Shown: positions 18,330 to 27,269 of the stretch, in pieces
Layout of the letters: the number at the start of each line of letters is the position of its first letter
Numbering within the stretch: position 1 is the first letter of the stretch
Assembly: GCA_045631745.1 (NCBI GenBank)
Contig: JAZQVI010000028.1
Coordinates: 1,489 to 65,488, forward strand
Direction of reading: 5' to 3'
Origin: Eubacteriales bacterium
GTDB taxonomy: Bacteria; Bacillota; Clostridia; Oscillospirales; CAG-272
Length of the DNA stretch: 64,000 nt
Position numbers and translations under genes: made by a program
The notes under the pieces: generated by a model
The model's input: the letters and a program-made list of their open reading frames with translations, nothing else
Databases searched by the model: none
Told to the model about the DNA's origin: nothing

Positions 18330-19667
18330 TTATTTTACAACTCTGATCCGCTTGATTCCGTAATAAGAAAAGGCGCGGATCGCATCCCTATCCAACCGCT
18401 CTCCGCATACCGCGATGGGCACGGCAGGGGGACATCCTACCGATGCCGAGGCAAGAATTCTTCCCTCGCACCGCTCGATCTCCAAAAGCTCGGAGGGGGC
18501 AAGCAAGGCATCCCTTGGAGACATAACGCGCTCACAGGGCTTGACCTGCGGAGGTGCATCGGCGATGACTGCTCGTCTTGGGATCGCTTGCATCGCATTC
18601 CACAGACGAGCAACACCTGCGTTCCCTACGTCGGGGGTCAGCATCAGCACCACGAAATCGGGATCGGCAAACTCGCACTCAATGCCGCTCTTACGCAAAA
18701 GCGCCGCGTAGTCAGCGCCGAGATATCCGTATTCCTTACTTCTGATGGTTAATTTCATAGGCTCGTTTCCGACGAACACGTAGCCCAACTTCTCTACCTC
18801 TGCGCGCAGATGCGCGACCTGCTCTGCAAACGCCGCTAAATCCTTTGGATATGTGCCCGAGAGGATCGCATTTGCGCCGTCCAACGACTGCAGGATGAGA
18901 TAGGATGGGCTGGTGGAGCCAAACACCGCCATGGAGTCCTTTGCACGCTCCGCAAAGCAGGCGGGTGCGCTCGGTGCAACGTGCAGATAGGCGCCCCCCG
19001 TCAAAACGGGCAGGGTCTTGTGCGCCGAGGAGCAGCACAGATCGGCACCGTGATCGGTAGGATAGCGCGAGGTCTCCAAAAAGCGCAGATAGGCGCCGTG
19101 CGCGCAATCTGCCGCAAGGAGCACCCCGTGGCGGTGGCATACCGCTGAAATTGCCGCCCAATCGATGTCATTTCCAAGATAATCGGGGGCGGTCAGATAC
19201 ACCGCCACCGGAGGCTCTTTCATGGACAAAAGTCTTTCCTCCAGCCTATCGGCGCGGATATCACAGGTGAGGTAGGAATCCCCCTCCCCATAGATCCATT
19301 CCACATCCAGATCCAGGAGAGATACTCCCGAAAGAAAGGTCTTATGAGCGTTTCTTCCCGCAAGGATCAAGGGCTCGCGTCCCATCTCCTTTGCGTATTG
19401 GCGCAACAGAAGGAGCATGGCGCGAATGCAGAGAGAGGATCCCTCCGTTGAATAAAAGGTTTCGCAGCCAAAGAGTGCGGATGCGTTTTTCTCGCTCTCG
19501 TGAATGATCCCATCGGCGTCAAAGAGGCTATCCGCCCCCGTCACCTCGGTCAGATCAAAGGGCTCGCACCCTTGTCTTTCCGCTCCCTTGTGTCCCGGCA
19601 TATGCAATCGGAGCACGTCCGAGTCGGCATAGCGTCTGACAAAATCACAGATGGGAGTTTTCATCAT
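18330..19667 (-). CDS. PLP-dependent Orn/Lys/Arg decarboxylase family protein (YaaO-like)
   Basis: LHMPGHKG.., STEGSS.. and SAHKTLP (PLP lysine) motifs. The start was set to the ATG at 19667, which overlaps the scfB stop (ATGA); the track start at 19712 lies inside scfB. Confidence 0.84.
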   Translation of the reverse strand: MMKTPICDFVRRYADSDVLRLHMPGHKGAERQGCEPFDLTEVTGADSLFDADGIIHESEKNASALFGCETFYSTEGSSLCIRAMLLLLRQYAKEMGREPLILAGRNAHKTFLSGVSLLDLDVEWIYGEGDSYLTCDIRADRLEERLLSMKEPPVAVYLTAPDYLGNDIDWAAISAVCHRHGVLLAADCAHGAYLRFLETSRYPTDHGADLCCSSAHKTLPVLTGGAYLHVAPSAPACFAERAKDSMAVFGSTSPSYLILQSLDGANAILSGTYPKDLAAFAEQVAHLRAEVEKLGYVFVGNEPMKLTIRSKEYGYLGADYAALLRKSGIECEFADPDFVVLMLTPDVGNAGVARLWNAMQAIPRRAVIADAPPQVKPCERVMSPRDALLAPSELLEIERCEGRILASASVGCPPAVPIAVCGERLDRDAIRAFSYYGIKRIRVVK

Positions 19668-21049
19668 TTCTTTCCCGAAAGCTGACGGGCAACCGCCACC
19701 ATGATGGCGCACTCCATGCGCTTGCGGAACAATTCACAGCCATAGCGATAAACACCTGTGACCGATCCCGTGGAGTGATATGCGTTTGCGGCGCATCCGC
19801 CCGAGCAGTAGAGCTTCGCCCAGCAATCACGGCACTCGGGGCGCGCGTAAACGTTGCAAGCAGCAAACTCACACTGCTTTTCCTTGTTGGTCACACCCGT
19901 CCAGATATCTCCCAAACGGAAGGCTTCCTCCCCCACGAACTGGTGGCAGGGATAGAGATCTCCCCAGGGAGTAACCGCCATATATTCGGTTCCCGAGCCG
20001 CATCCCGAGATGCGCTTGTAGATGCAAGGACCTCCCGTGAGGTCAATCATATAGTGATAGAAGGTAAAGGGCCTTCCCTCGCGGTCTCTCTCCAGCATCA
20101 GCTCCGCCAGCTTCTCGTACTGATCGAGCACGATGGGAAGATCCTCCTGCGTCAGCTCCGAAGGATCTCCCTCAGCGCAAACCACAGGCTCCATGCTCAG
20201 CTCGGTAAATCCCAGGTCGAGCATCTGACGGATGTCCTCGAGAAAATCGGGGTTCGCGTGGGTGAAGGTGCCTCTCATGTAATAATTCTTGCCCCCTCTT
20301 GCCTCCACGAGCTTCTGGAACTTGGGAACGATGCGCTCCCAGCTTCCCTTGCCCGCATAGTCCACACGGAAGCGGTCGTGAATCTCTTGGCGACCGTCCA
20401 GACTGAGCACCACGTTGCTCATCTCGCGGTTGGCAAAATCAATCACGTCATCGTCAATGAGCAGACCGTTGGTGGTAAGAGTGAAGCGGAAATTCTTCCC
20501 CTTCTCCTTCTCCACGCTTCTGGCATACGCCACCAGCTGCTTAACCACGTCAAAGTTCATCAAGGGCTCACCGCCAAAGAAGTCTACCTCAAGGTTGCGG
20601 CGGCTGCCCGAGTTTTCGATCAAAAAATCCAGAGCGCGCTTGCCCACCTCAAAGCTCATCACCGCACGGTCACCGTGATATTTGCCTTGGCTGGCAAAGC
20701 AATAGGAACAGTTGAGATTGCAGGTGTGTGCGATATGCAGGCAGAGTGCCTTCACCACGCCCGAAGTCTTTTCCTTGAGCTTGCCCGCCATAGGCTCGAA
20801 GGTGTCGGGCGCCCACAGCTTACCCGCCTCACGCAAAGAAAGGATCTGATCGTAGCATTCCGCCACCTCTTCCTCGGTCACCTCGGGCAGATGGGCGTAC
20901 TTATTGTACACGTCGGCGATTACCGTCTCGCGATCGGCACGCTCAAACATCTCAATAATGTCATACGCGACCGCATCTACCGAATGAACCGATCCCGAGC
21001 AGCTGTCAAGAACAATGTTATATCCGCCCAATTTGTACTGATGTATCAT
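19664..21049 (-). CDS. scfB: SCIFF peptide maturase ScfB (radical SAM/SPASM thioether-forming enzyme)
   Basis: MIHQYKLGGYNIVLD.., radical SAM CNLNCSYC, and C-terminal SPASM cysteines (GCGSG..C..C..CWAKLYCSGGC). It lies directly downstream of a SCIFF precursor. The start was set to the ATG at 21049, behind SD aaaggaga. Confidence 0.92.
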   Translation of the reverse strand: MIHQYKLGGYNIVLDSCSGSVHSVDAVAYDIIEMFERADRETVIADVYNKYAHLPEVTEEEVAECYDQILSLREAGKLWAPDTFEPMAGKLKEKTSGVVKALCLHIAHTCNLNCSYCFASQGKYHGDRAVMSFEVGKRALDFLIENSGSRRNLEVDFFGGEPLMNFDVVKQLVAYARSVEKEKGKNFRFTLTTNGLLIDDDVIDFANREMSNVVLSLDGRQEIHDRFRVDYAGKGSWERIVPKFQKLVEARGGKNYYMRGTFTHANPDFLEDIRQMLDLGFTELSMEPVVCAEGDPSELTQEDLPIVLDQYEKLAELMLERDREGRPFTFYHYMIDLTGGPCIYKRISGCGSGTEYMAVTPWGDLYPCHQFVGEEAFRLGDIWTGVTNKEKQCEFAACNVYARPECRDCWAKLYCSGGCAANAYHSTGSVTGVYRYGCELFRKRMECAIMVAVARQLSGKK

Positions 21050-21148
21050 AATAAAAACCTTGTCTCCTTTGAAAATGATCCGTAACACATGGAAAAGGGG
21101 AAACCTCAAAAGAAGTTTCCCCCTCCACCACAAGCAATCCGCGTTTGA

Positions 21149-21289
21149 TTACTTGTTTTCGCACTCCTGGTTTGCGATACCGCAGCTGGTCTTGCAAGCA
21201 GACTGGCAGGAAGTCTGGCACTCGCCGCATCCGCCGTTCTTTGCGCTGTCGCACAGGTTACGAGTCTCAATGGTTTCAATATGCTTCAT
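21149..21289 (-). CDS. scfA: SCIFF (six-cysteines-in-forty-five) radical-SAM-modified RiPP precursor
   Basis: Under 60 aa, so absent from the track. My translation is MKHIETIETRNLCDSAKNGGCGECQTSCQSACKTSCGIANQECENK (46 aa), containing the GGCGECQTSCQSACKTSC core. SD ggagga lies upstream. Confidence 0.92.
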   Translation of the reverse strand: MKHIETIETRNLCDSAKNGGCGECQTSCQSACKTSCGIANQECENK

Positions 21290-21320
21290 TGTGATGTCCT
21301 CCGTAAAACTAAGATACTAT

Positions 21321-21349
21321 ATTATAGCACGCCGACCGAAACTTGTCAA
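21321..21349 (-). promoter_or_regulatory. consensus sigma-A promoter for scfA-scfB
   Basis: Minus strand TTGACA (21349-21344), 17 nt spacer, TATAAT (21326-21321). Confidence 0.65.
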
Positions 21350-21411
21350 TAACTTTATCACTTTTTATCGGATTTTCGTTTGACAAGCCCTGACGGCGCC
21401 GATAATCGAAT

Positions 21412-21603
21412 TCAATAGCGCTTGGAATAGCCGTCCTCTCCCTCGTTCGGGATCTCGGGCAAGGGTGCTGTCGTGGTTTCGGGCTCGGACGTGTCAGCGT
21501 CGGGGATGTTCCCCATATCCGGCTCCTCCCCACCGCCCCCATACACGCAGGAAGACAGGGTGAGAATTAGCGCCATTACAAGCATCAAAAACAGTCTTTT
21601 CAT
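21412..21603 (-). CDS. small hypothetical lipoprotein
   Basis: Signal peptide MKRLFLMLVMALILTLSSC with lipobox LSSC, followed by an acidic, proline-rich mature part. Confidence 0.55.
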   Translation of the reverse strand: MKRLFLMLVMALILTLSSCVYGGGGEEPDMGNIPDADTSEPETTTAPLPEIPNEGEDGYSKRY

Positions 21604-21752
21604 CCTTCTTCCCCCTTCCTTTGTCTTTACTTTATTGTATCATCTTTTCCTTTCGTTGTCAAGCCAAAGTCCAAAGATCGGCAGCTTTCAAAATTTTTTT
21701 CGCACTCTCCCTTTTGCCAAGGTGAAATGTTGCACAAAACTATAAGATTTGC

Positions 21753-21781
21753 TTGACAATAAGAAAAATTTCCAGTATAAT
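21753..21781 (+). promoter_or_regulatory. consensus sigma-A promoter for the MBL hydrolase-GH30 unit
   Basis: TTGACA (21753-21758), 17 nt spacer, TATAAT (21776-21781). Confidence 0.65.
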
Positions 21782-21861
21782 GTACATGAATGGGCACCCC
21801 CGAGGTGTGGGGCGCCAAACGGTCCTTGAACCGCAAAAATGCACACGAAAGGAGCTCCGCC

Positions 21862-22635
21862 ATGAAACCATGGGAGCATTATATCAAGCCGCACCACATC
21901 TACGGTAACCTTTATTTTGTCGGCTCGCGGCACGGCTCCACGCATCTGATCAACAGCGAGGACGGGCTGATCCTGATTGACTCGGGATACCCTCAAACGC
22001 TCTATCTTTTGCTGGAAAACATTCGCGCGCTGGGCTTTGACCCCGCCAATATCCGTCACATCCTGCACTCTCACGGCCACTACGACCATCTGGGCGCAAC
22101 GAGAGCCCTGATTGAGCTTTATCATCCCAAGACCTATCTTGGAGAAAAAGACGTGGACTATGCAACGGGCAAGCGTGACCTGACCTGGGCACGTGAATTG
22201 GGCTTCTACTATGACGAGCAGTTCACTCCCGACGTCCTGGTTCGCGACGGAGACAAGCTGACCATCGGCGGCATTGAGTTTTCCTTTTTGGAGTGTCCCG
22301 GACACACCGAGGGCGCGATGTCCATCTTCTTCTCCATTGACGGAGACATGGGCATGAAACGCTGTGCGATGTTCGGCGGCGCGGGATTCAATTCCCTCAA
22401 CATTCCCTTCCTGGATCGCTACGGACTCCCCCACTCCCTGCGCGACGATTTCGTAAGATCGCTCAAGAGAGCCGACGAGGAGCACGTGGATATTCACCTC
22501 GGAAACCACATCAACTGCAACCGCATGGAGGAAAAGCTGGCAAAGCAGGCGACAGAGGGGGGCAATCCCTTCGTCGATCCCGAATGCTGGCACCGCTTTT
22601 TGCGCGAGACACTCGCAAACTTCCTCAAAACCTGA
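21862..22635 (+). CDS. MBL-fold metallo-hydrolase (cytoplasmic)
   Basis: HSHGHYDH (HxHxDH) and CPGHTEG motifs, no signal peptide. The start was set to the ATG at 21862, behind SD aaaggag. Confidence 0.85.
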   Translation: MKPWEHYIKPHHIYGNLYFVGSRHGSTHLINSEDGLILIDSGYPQTLYLLLENIRALGFDPANIRHILHSHGHYDHLGATRALIELYHPKTYLGEKDVDYATGKRDLTWARELGFYYDEQFTPDVLVRDGDKLTIGGIEFSFLECPGHTEGAMSIFFSIDGDMGMKRCAMFGGAGFNSLNIPFLDRYGLPHSLRDDFVRSLKRADEEHVDIHLGNHINCNRMEEKLAKQATEGGNPFVDPECWHRFLRETLANFLKT

Positions 22636-22671
22636 CCCGATACTACCGCAACCGAAAGGAATAACGATACT

Positions 22672-24039
22672 ATGAAAATGATCAAATCCATGCCCCTGCA
22701 GGGCACCTACTTCCAGGAGCACACCCTTGAGCGCGGCAACGCCCCCGAGAGCACAGAGCTCTGCGTGGTAAACGTCTTTGACGAATTTGAATACCAGGAC
22801 GTCATCGGCTTTGGCGGCGCATTTACTGAGGCAGCTGCCTACAACTATTCCCTGCTCACCGATGCGCAGAAGAAGCAGTTCATGGAGGCTTACTTCGACC
22901 GCGAGAAGGGCATCGCCTACAACTTCGGCAGATGCCACATCGGCTCCTGTGACTTCTCTCTGAACATCTACTCCAATGTAGTAGAAGGAGACGATAATCT
23001 TGAAAACTTCTCCATTGAGCGCGACCGCAAATACATCATTCCCTTTATCAAGGACGCTCTCAAATACACCGGAGAGGATTTGATGCTCTTTGCATCTCCC
23101 TGGAGCCCTCCCGCCTTTATGAAGACCAACAACAACGAGGTTCTCGGCGGCTCTCTCAAGAAAGAGTATCGTCGTCTTTGGGCAAGATGCTACGCCAAGT
23201 TCATCAAGGCGTACGCCGCTGAGGGAATCAAGATCTCTGCGATCACGGTTCAGAACGAGCCCATCGCAATCCAGACTTGGGAAAGCTGCTACTACTCCGC
23301 AGAGGATGAGCGCGACTTCATCGAACAGGCTCTCGCGCCCGTGCTGGACGAGGAGGGACTCGGCGACATCAAGCTCCTGATCTGGGACCACAACAAGGAA
23401 AGAACCTACGACAGAGCAAAGCAGACCTTTACCTCTGAATCGGTTGAAAAGCGCGTTTGGGGTATTGCGCACCACTGGTACTCGGGCGACCACTTTGACA
23501 CCATGCGCCTGGTTCACGAGAAGTTCAACAAGCCCATGATCAGCTCCGAGATCTGCGGCGTGATGGGACCGATGGAAAGTGCAACCGACCTTGCAGAGAA
23601 ATACGCAAGAGAGATCTGCGGCGACTTTGCAAACTTCACGGGTGGCTTCTGCGACTGGAATCTGCTCCTGGACGAAAACGGAGGTCCCTACCACAACAGA
23701 ACTGCCAACGAGCCTGCAGAGGGCCCCAGCTACGAGGATAAGTCCATCGGCTGCTTTGCCCCCATCATCTACGACAAGAACAAGGGCGAATTGATCTTCA
23801 CTCCCATCTACTACTACGTCGGCCACTTCTCCAAGTTTGTCAAGCGCGGCGCCAAGAGAATCGCAACCTCCAAGTACTGCGAGGAGCTTCAGGTTTGCGG
23901 ATTCAAGAACCCCTGCGGCGAGCTGGTGCTGTTTGTTGCCAACATTGGAAACGAGAATCTCCCTGTGATCGTCCGACACAACGGCATTTGCACCAAGACC
24001 ACCATGGAGGCGCATACAGCTGCAACCTTTATTCTTTAA
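22672..24039 (+). CDS. glycoside hydrolase family 30 (glucosylceramidase-like), no signal peptide
   Basis: GFGGAFTEAAA.., ASPWSPPAFMK.., ITVQNEP (acid/base Glu region) and WDHNK motifs. The 775-aa minus-strand ORF 21688..24015 is its antisense artefact. Confidence 0.86.
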   Translation: MKMIKSMPLQGTYFQEHTLERGNAPESTELCVVNVFDEFEYQDVIGFGGAFTEAAAYNYSLLTDAQKKQFMEAYFDREKGIAYNFGRCHIGSCDFSLNIYSNVVEGDDNLENFSIERDRKYIIPFIKDALKYTGEDLMLFASPWSPPAFMKTNNNEVLGGSLKKEYRRLWARCYAKFIKAYAAEGIKISAITVQNEPIAIQTWESCYYSAEDERDFIEQALAPVLDEEGLGDIKLLIWDHNKERTYDRAKQTFTSESVEKRVWGIAHHWYSGDHFDTMRLVHEKFNKPMISSEICGVMGPMESATDLAEKYAREICGDFANFTGGFCDWNLLLDENGGPYHNRTANEPAEGPSYEDKSIGCFAPIIYDKNKGELIFTPIYYYVGHFSKFVKRGAKRIATSKYCEELQVCGFKNPCGELVLFVANIGNENLPVIVRHNGICTKTTMEAHTAATFIL

Positions 24040-24058
24040 ATTCCATACAATTCATAAA

Positions 24059-24092
24059 ACGAGCCGTCCACATGGATGGCTCGTTTTGTCTT
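24059..24092 (+). terminator. intrinsic terminator after GH30
   Basis: Hairpin acgagccgtcca..tggatggctcgt followed by ttttgtcttt. Confidence 0.65.
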
Positions 24093-24190
24093 TCTCACTC
24101 CATCGGAGCAGCCTGTCAGTCAGATGCCCAAAAAGTTTCAAAAAGTCCCACAAAAGAGAGCTGAATTGTTTCAAAATCATCATTTATCTA

Positions 24191-24219
24191 TTGACAAACA
24201 TATGGGAATCTGTTAAAAT
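24191..24219 (+). promoter_or_regulatory. sigma-A promoter for the oxidoreductase-isomerase-aldolase-dehydrogenase unit
   Basis: TTGACA (24191-24196), 17 nt spacer, TAAAAT (24214-24219). Confidence 0.6.
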
Positions 24220-24298
24220 GTAGATGTATAAGTATATAATTCTGTTGCCGTTCGGCACCGACTTTCTCGGGCTCGGAGGCAACAAAGGAGGGTATATC

Positions 24299-25342
24299 GT
24301 GAAAAAAGTACGTTTTGGAATCATTGGCGCAGGCGGAATCGCTGACAGACGCACTATGCCCGGTATGGTTTTGGCAAAGAATGCCGAAATCGTTGCGGTC
24401 ATGGAGATCAATGCAGAACTGTCCGAGCAGCTGCGTCAGAAGTACAACGCAAAATACGCTTGCACCAGCGCTGAGGAGCTTGTCAGCCTCCCCGACGTTG
24501 ACGCAGTCTATATTGCGTCCCCCGTGGTTTTCCACGCAAGCCAGGCAAAGATGGCTGCCGACCACGGCAAGCACATTCTCCTCGAGAAGCCCATCGCAAT
24601 GAACGCGGCTGAGGCAGAGGAGGTTCTGACCTACTGTGCCGACAAGGGCGTGATGGTTGCCGCAGGCTTCATGATGCGCTTTGGTGCACACGTTCAGAAC
24701 ATGAAGAAGGCGGTTGAGGAGGGTAAGATCGGACAGGTCGTTAACGGCTACTCCCAGTTCACCCTTTGGCTTCCCCCTGCAGCAGGCAACTGGCGTTTGG
24801 ACAAGAAGCACTCGGGCGGCGGTCCTCTGATGGACATGGGAGTGCACTGCATCGACCTCATGGAGTACATCACCGGCAAGCGTGTCAACGAGGCGGTTGC
24901 ATTCAATGACACCGCTGTGTTTGACTACACCGTTGAGGACTCCTCTACCGTTCTGCTCAAGCTGGACGGCAACATTCAGTGCGTGGTTCAGACCAACTTC
25001 AACATCCCCGACGAGGTCGCTCGTTGGCGTCTGGAGTTCTTCGGAACACGCGGAAGACTGATGGGTGACACCATCATCGGCCAGAACGACGGCGGAAAGC
25101 TCAGCGGCGTATTCCTGGAATCGGTCAGCGAGTACAACGCGACCCAGGACCACGCGGACGAGCAGGGCACCGAGCTGGAAGGCGACTTTGGCAACCTCTA
25201 CACCCGTGAGGTGGAAAGCTTCAGCGACTCCATTCTCAACGGCACACCTCTTGAGGTTCCCGCTTGGGACGCGCTCCACGTTCAGAAGGTCGTGGAAGCA
25301 GCATACCGCTCCTCCGAGGAGCACATCGCGGTCAAGATCTGA
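24299..25342 (+). CDS. Gfo/Idh/MocA family NAD(P)-dependent oxidoreductase
   Basis: VRFGIIGAGGIA Rossmann loop and EKP motif (LLEKPIA). GTG start at 24299, behind SD aaaggaggg. Confidence 0.86.
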   Translation: MKKVRFGIIGAGGIADRRTMPGMVLAKNAEIVAVMEINAELSEQLRQKYNAKYACTSAEELVSLPDVDAVYIASPVVFHASQAKMAADHGKHILLEKPIAMNAAEAEEVLTYCADKGVMVAAGFMMRFGAHVQNMKKAVEEGKIGQVVNGYSQFTLWLPPAAGNWRLDKKHSGGGPLMDMGVHCIDLMEYITGKRVNEAVAFNDTAVFDYTVEDSSTVLLKLDGNIQCVVQTNFNIPDEVARWRLEFFGTRGRLMGDTIIGQNDGGKLSGVFLESVSEYNATQDHADEQGTELEGDFGNLYTREVESFSDSILNGTPLEVPAWDALHVQKVVEAAYRSSEEHIAVKI

Positions 25343-25443
25343 TCGCCCACAATACATTTGAAACATTCTCATCCATACGATGAGGCGTTTATATATCAGC
25401 AAACTGATGAAAAAAATATTTTACTTTTAAGGAGTATAAAAAC

Positions 25444-26475
25444 ATGAGCAGATTTAAGTTTTCGGTAGGCCCTTGGAACGTTCACGAGGGAGCAGACGCT
25501 TACGGTCCCGCAACCAGAGACAGCATTTCCTTTGAGGAAAAGATCAAGACCTTCAAGGAAATGGGCTTTGATGCAATCCAGTTCCACGATGACGATGCAG
25601 TTCCGAACATGAACAACATGACCGAGGAAGAGATCATCGCTGAGGCTAAGAAGGTTCGCGCACTGCTCGACAAGTACGATCTGAAGGCAGAGTTCGTAGC
25701 TCCCCGTCTGTGGATGGATCCCCACACGACCGACGGTGGATTCACCTCCAACAGCAAGGAGGACCGCGACTTCGCTATGTGGAGAGCATTCCGCTCCATC
25801 GATATCGCAAACGCTCTGGGATGTGACAAGGTTGTTCTTTGGCTCGCTCGTGAGGGTACCATCTGCTTTGAGAGCAAGAGCCCCGTTGAGTCCACCAAGA
25901 AGCTGATCGACGCCCTCAACCAGATGCTGTCTTATGACAAGAACATCAAGATCATGATCGAGACCAAGCCCAACGAGCCTGTTGACCGCAGCGCATGCCC
26001 CACCATGGGTCACGCTATGGCAGTTTCCGCGGCTACCATCGATCCTTCCCGTGTAGGCGGACTGCTTGAGTCTGCACACGCTATGCTCGCAGGCCTTGAC
26101 CCCGCAAACGAGATCGGCTTTGCTCTCGCAATGGGCAAGCTCTGGGGCGTTCACCTCAACGACCAGAACGGCATGAAGTTCGACCAGGACAAGAGCTTTG
26201 GTGTTGAGAACCTCCGTACCGCATTCAACCAGATCAAGGTTCTCATGGAGAACAACTTCGGCGCAAACGGCGAGTACATCGGTCTGGACGTTAAGGCTAT
26301 GCGTACCGAGCGTCAGGAAGGCAGCTACCGTCACCTTGAGAACAGCCTGAAGATCGCAAAGATGCTGGAGAAGAAGGCTGAGAAGTTTGACTACGACTTC
26401 CAGAAGAAGTGCATTGAGGAGCGCGACTACGAGGCTCTCGAGATGTACGTAATGGAACTCCTCATGAACGGCTGA
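25444..26475 (+). CDS. xylose isomerase-family TIM-barrel sugar isomerase
   Basis: XI-type motifs FHDDD, IETKPNEP and HLNDQNGMKFDQDKSFG. At 343 aa it is shorter than classical XylA, so the substrate is unassigned. Confidence 0.8.
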   Translation: MSRFKFSVGPWNVHEGADAYGPATRDSISFEEKIKTFKEMGFDAIQFHDDDAVPNMNNMTEEEIIAEAKKVRALLDKYDLKAEFVAPRLWMDPHTTDGGFTSNSKEDRDFAMWRAFRSIDIANALGCDKVVLWLAREGTICFESKSPVESTKKLIDALNQMLSYDKNIKIMIETKPNEPVDRSACPTMGHAMAVSAATIDPSRVGGLLESAHAMLAGLDPANEIGFALAMGKLWGVHLNDQNGMKFDQDKSFGVENLRTAFNQIKVLMENNFGANGEYIGLDVKAMRTERQEGSYRHLENSLKIAKMLEKKAEKFDYDFQKKCIEERDYEALEMYVMELLMNG

Positions 26476-26493
26476 TAAACGGAGGCAAAACTC

Positions 26494-27258
26494 GTGGACA
26501 GATACGTTGCACTGAAAGAAAAATTCAAAAACCGCGATAAAATCATTGGCACGACGATGTCCATGCTCAACAATACCCTGATCCTGGAGAAAATGAACAT
26601 TCCGGATCTCGACTTCGTGTTGTTTGACGCAGAGCACGGTGTGTTTGATGCGCAGAACGTCATTCCCTGCCTGCAGATCTGCAGACTGATGGGCCTTCCT
26701 TCGTTCGTTCGCGCGCAGGACAGCGAGTACTTCCTGGCTGCAAAGCTCATCGACATGGGCGCTGACGGAATTATGATTCCCCGTACCGAGACCCTGGAGC
26801 AGCTCCGCGTTGCCGTTGATTCCCTGCTCTTCCCCCCTGTGGGAAGAAAGGGTATGGGCGGTCACGGACAGTTCCGCCCCGGCGAGAAGTTTGCAGATTT
26901 TGCAAAGACCCGCTTCCTCCTTCCTCAGATCGAGTCTCCTCGCGGCATCGAGAATCTTCCCGCTATGCTTGAGGAGTACGGAGAGTACATCGACGCCATC
27001 ATCATTGGCCCGTACGATATGTCCTCCATGGTTGGCACTCCCCAGAACATCACCAGCCCCATCATGATGGAGTCTATTCAGAAAGTGTTCGATATTGCCA
27101 ACAGCTATGGCAAGTCTGTCGGAATCTTCTGCGACAACGAGGAAAAGGCAAAGATGTTCCGCGACATGGGCGCAAACGTGCTTTGGACCGCTACGGACAA
27201 GGATTTCCTGCTCCGCGGCTACAATGAGATCATGAGCGCTGTTGCTGCTCTGAAGTGA
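26494..27258 (+). CDS. HpcH/HpaI family class II aldolase
   Basis: DFVLFDAEHG.., VRAQD.., PQIESP.G and IGPYDMS motifs typical of 2-keto-3-deoxy-acid aldolases. GTG start with SD ggagg. Confidence 0.83.
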   Translation: MDRYVALKEKFKNRDKIIGTTMSMLNNTLILEKMNIPDLDFVLFDAEHGVFDAQNVIPCLQICRLMGLPSFVRAQDSEYFLAAKLIDMGADGIMIPRTETLEQLRVAVDSLLFPPVGRKGMGGHGQFRPGEKFADFAKTRFLLPQIESPRGIENLPAMLEEYGEYIDAIIIGPYDMSSMVGTPQNITSPIMMESIQKVFDIANSYGKSVGIFCDNEEKAKMFRDMGANVLWTATDKDFLLRGYNEIMSAVAALK

Positions 27259-27269
27259 GGTATAAACCT

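Noticed and set aside
21782-21861. ~80-nt 5' UTR of the MBL hydrolase gene with an imperfect GC hairpin (gggcaccccc..tggggcgcc) and an aACGGtcc string, considered as a riboswitch (guanidine/ykkC-like?)
   Set aside because: The stem has a mismatch, and none of the defining conserved nucleotides of the riboswitch classes I know could be aligned convincingly. An Rfam scan is needed before any claim.
21688-24015. 775-aa minus-strand ORF
   Set aside because: It is antisense to the MBL hydrolase and GH30 genes, which have clear family motifs and SDs. It is typical stop-poor antisense reading of GC3-rich genes.
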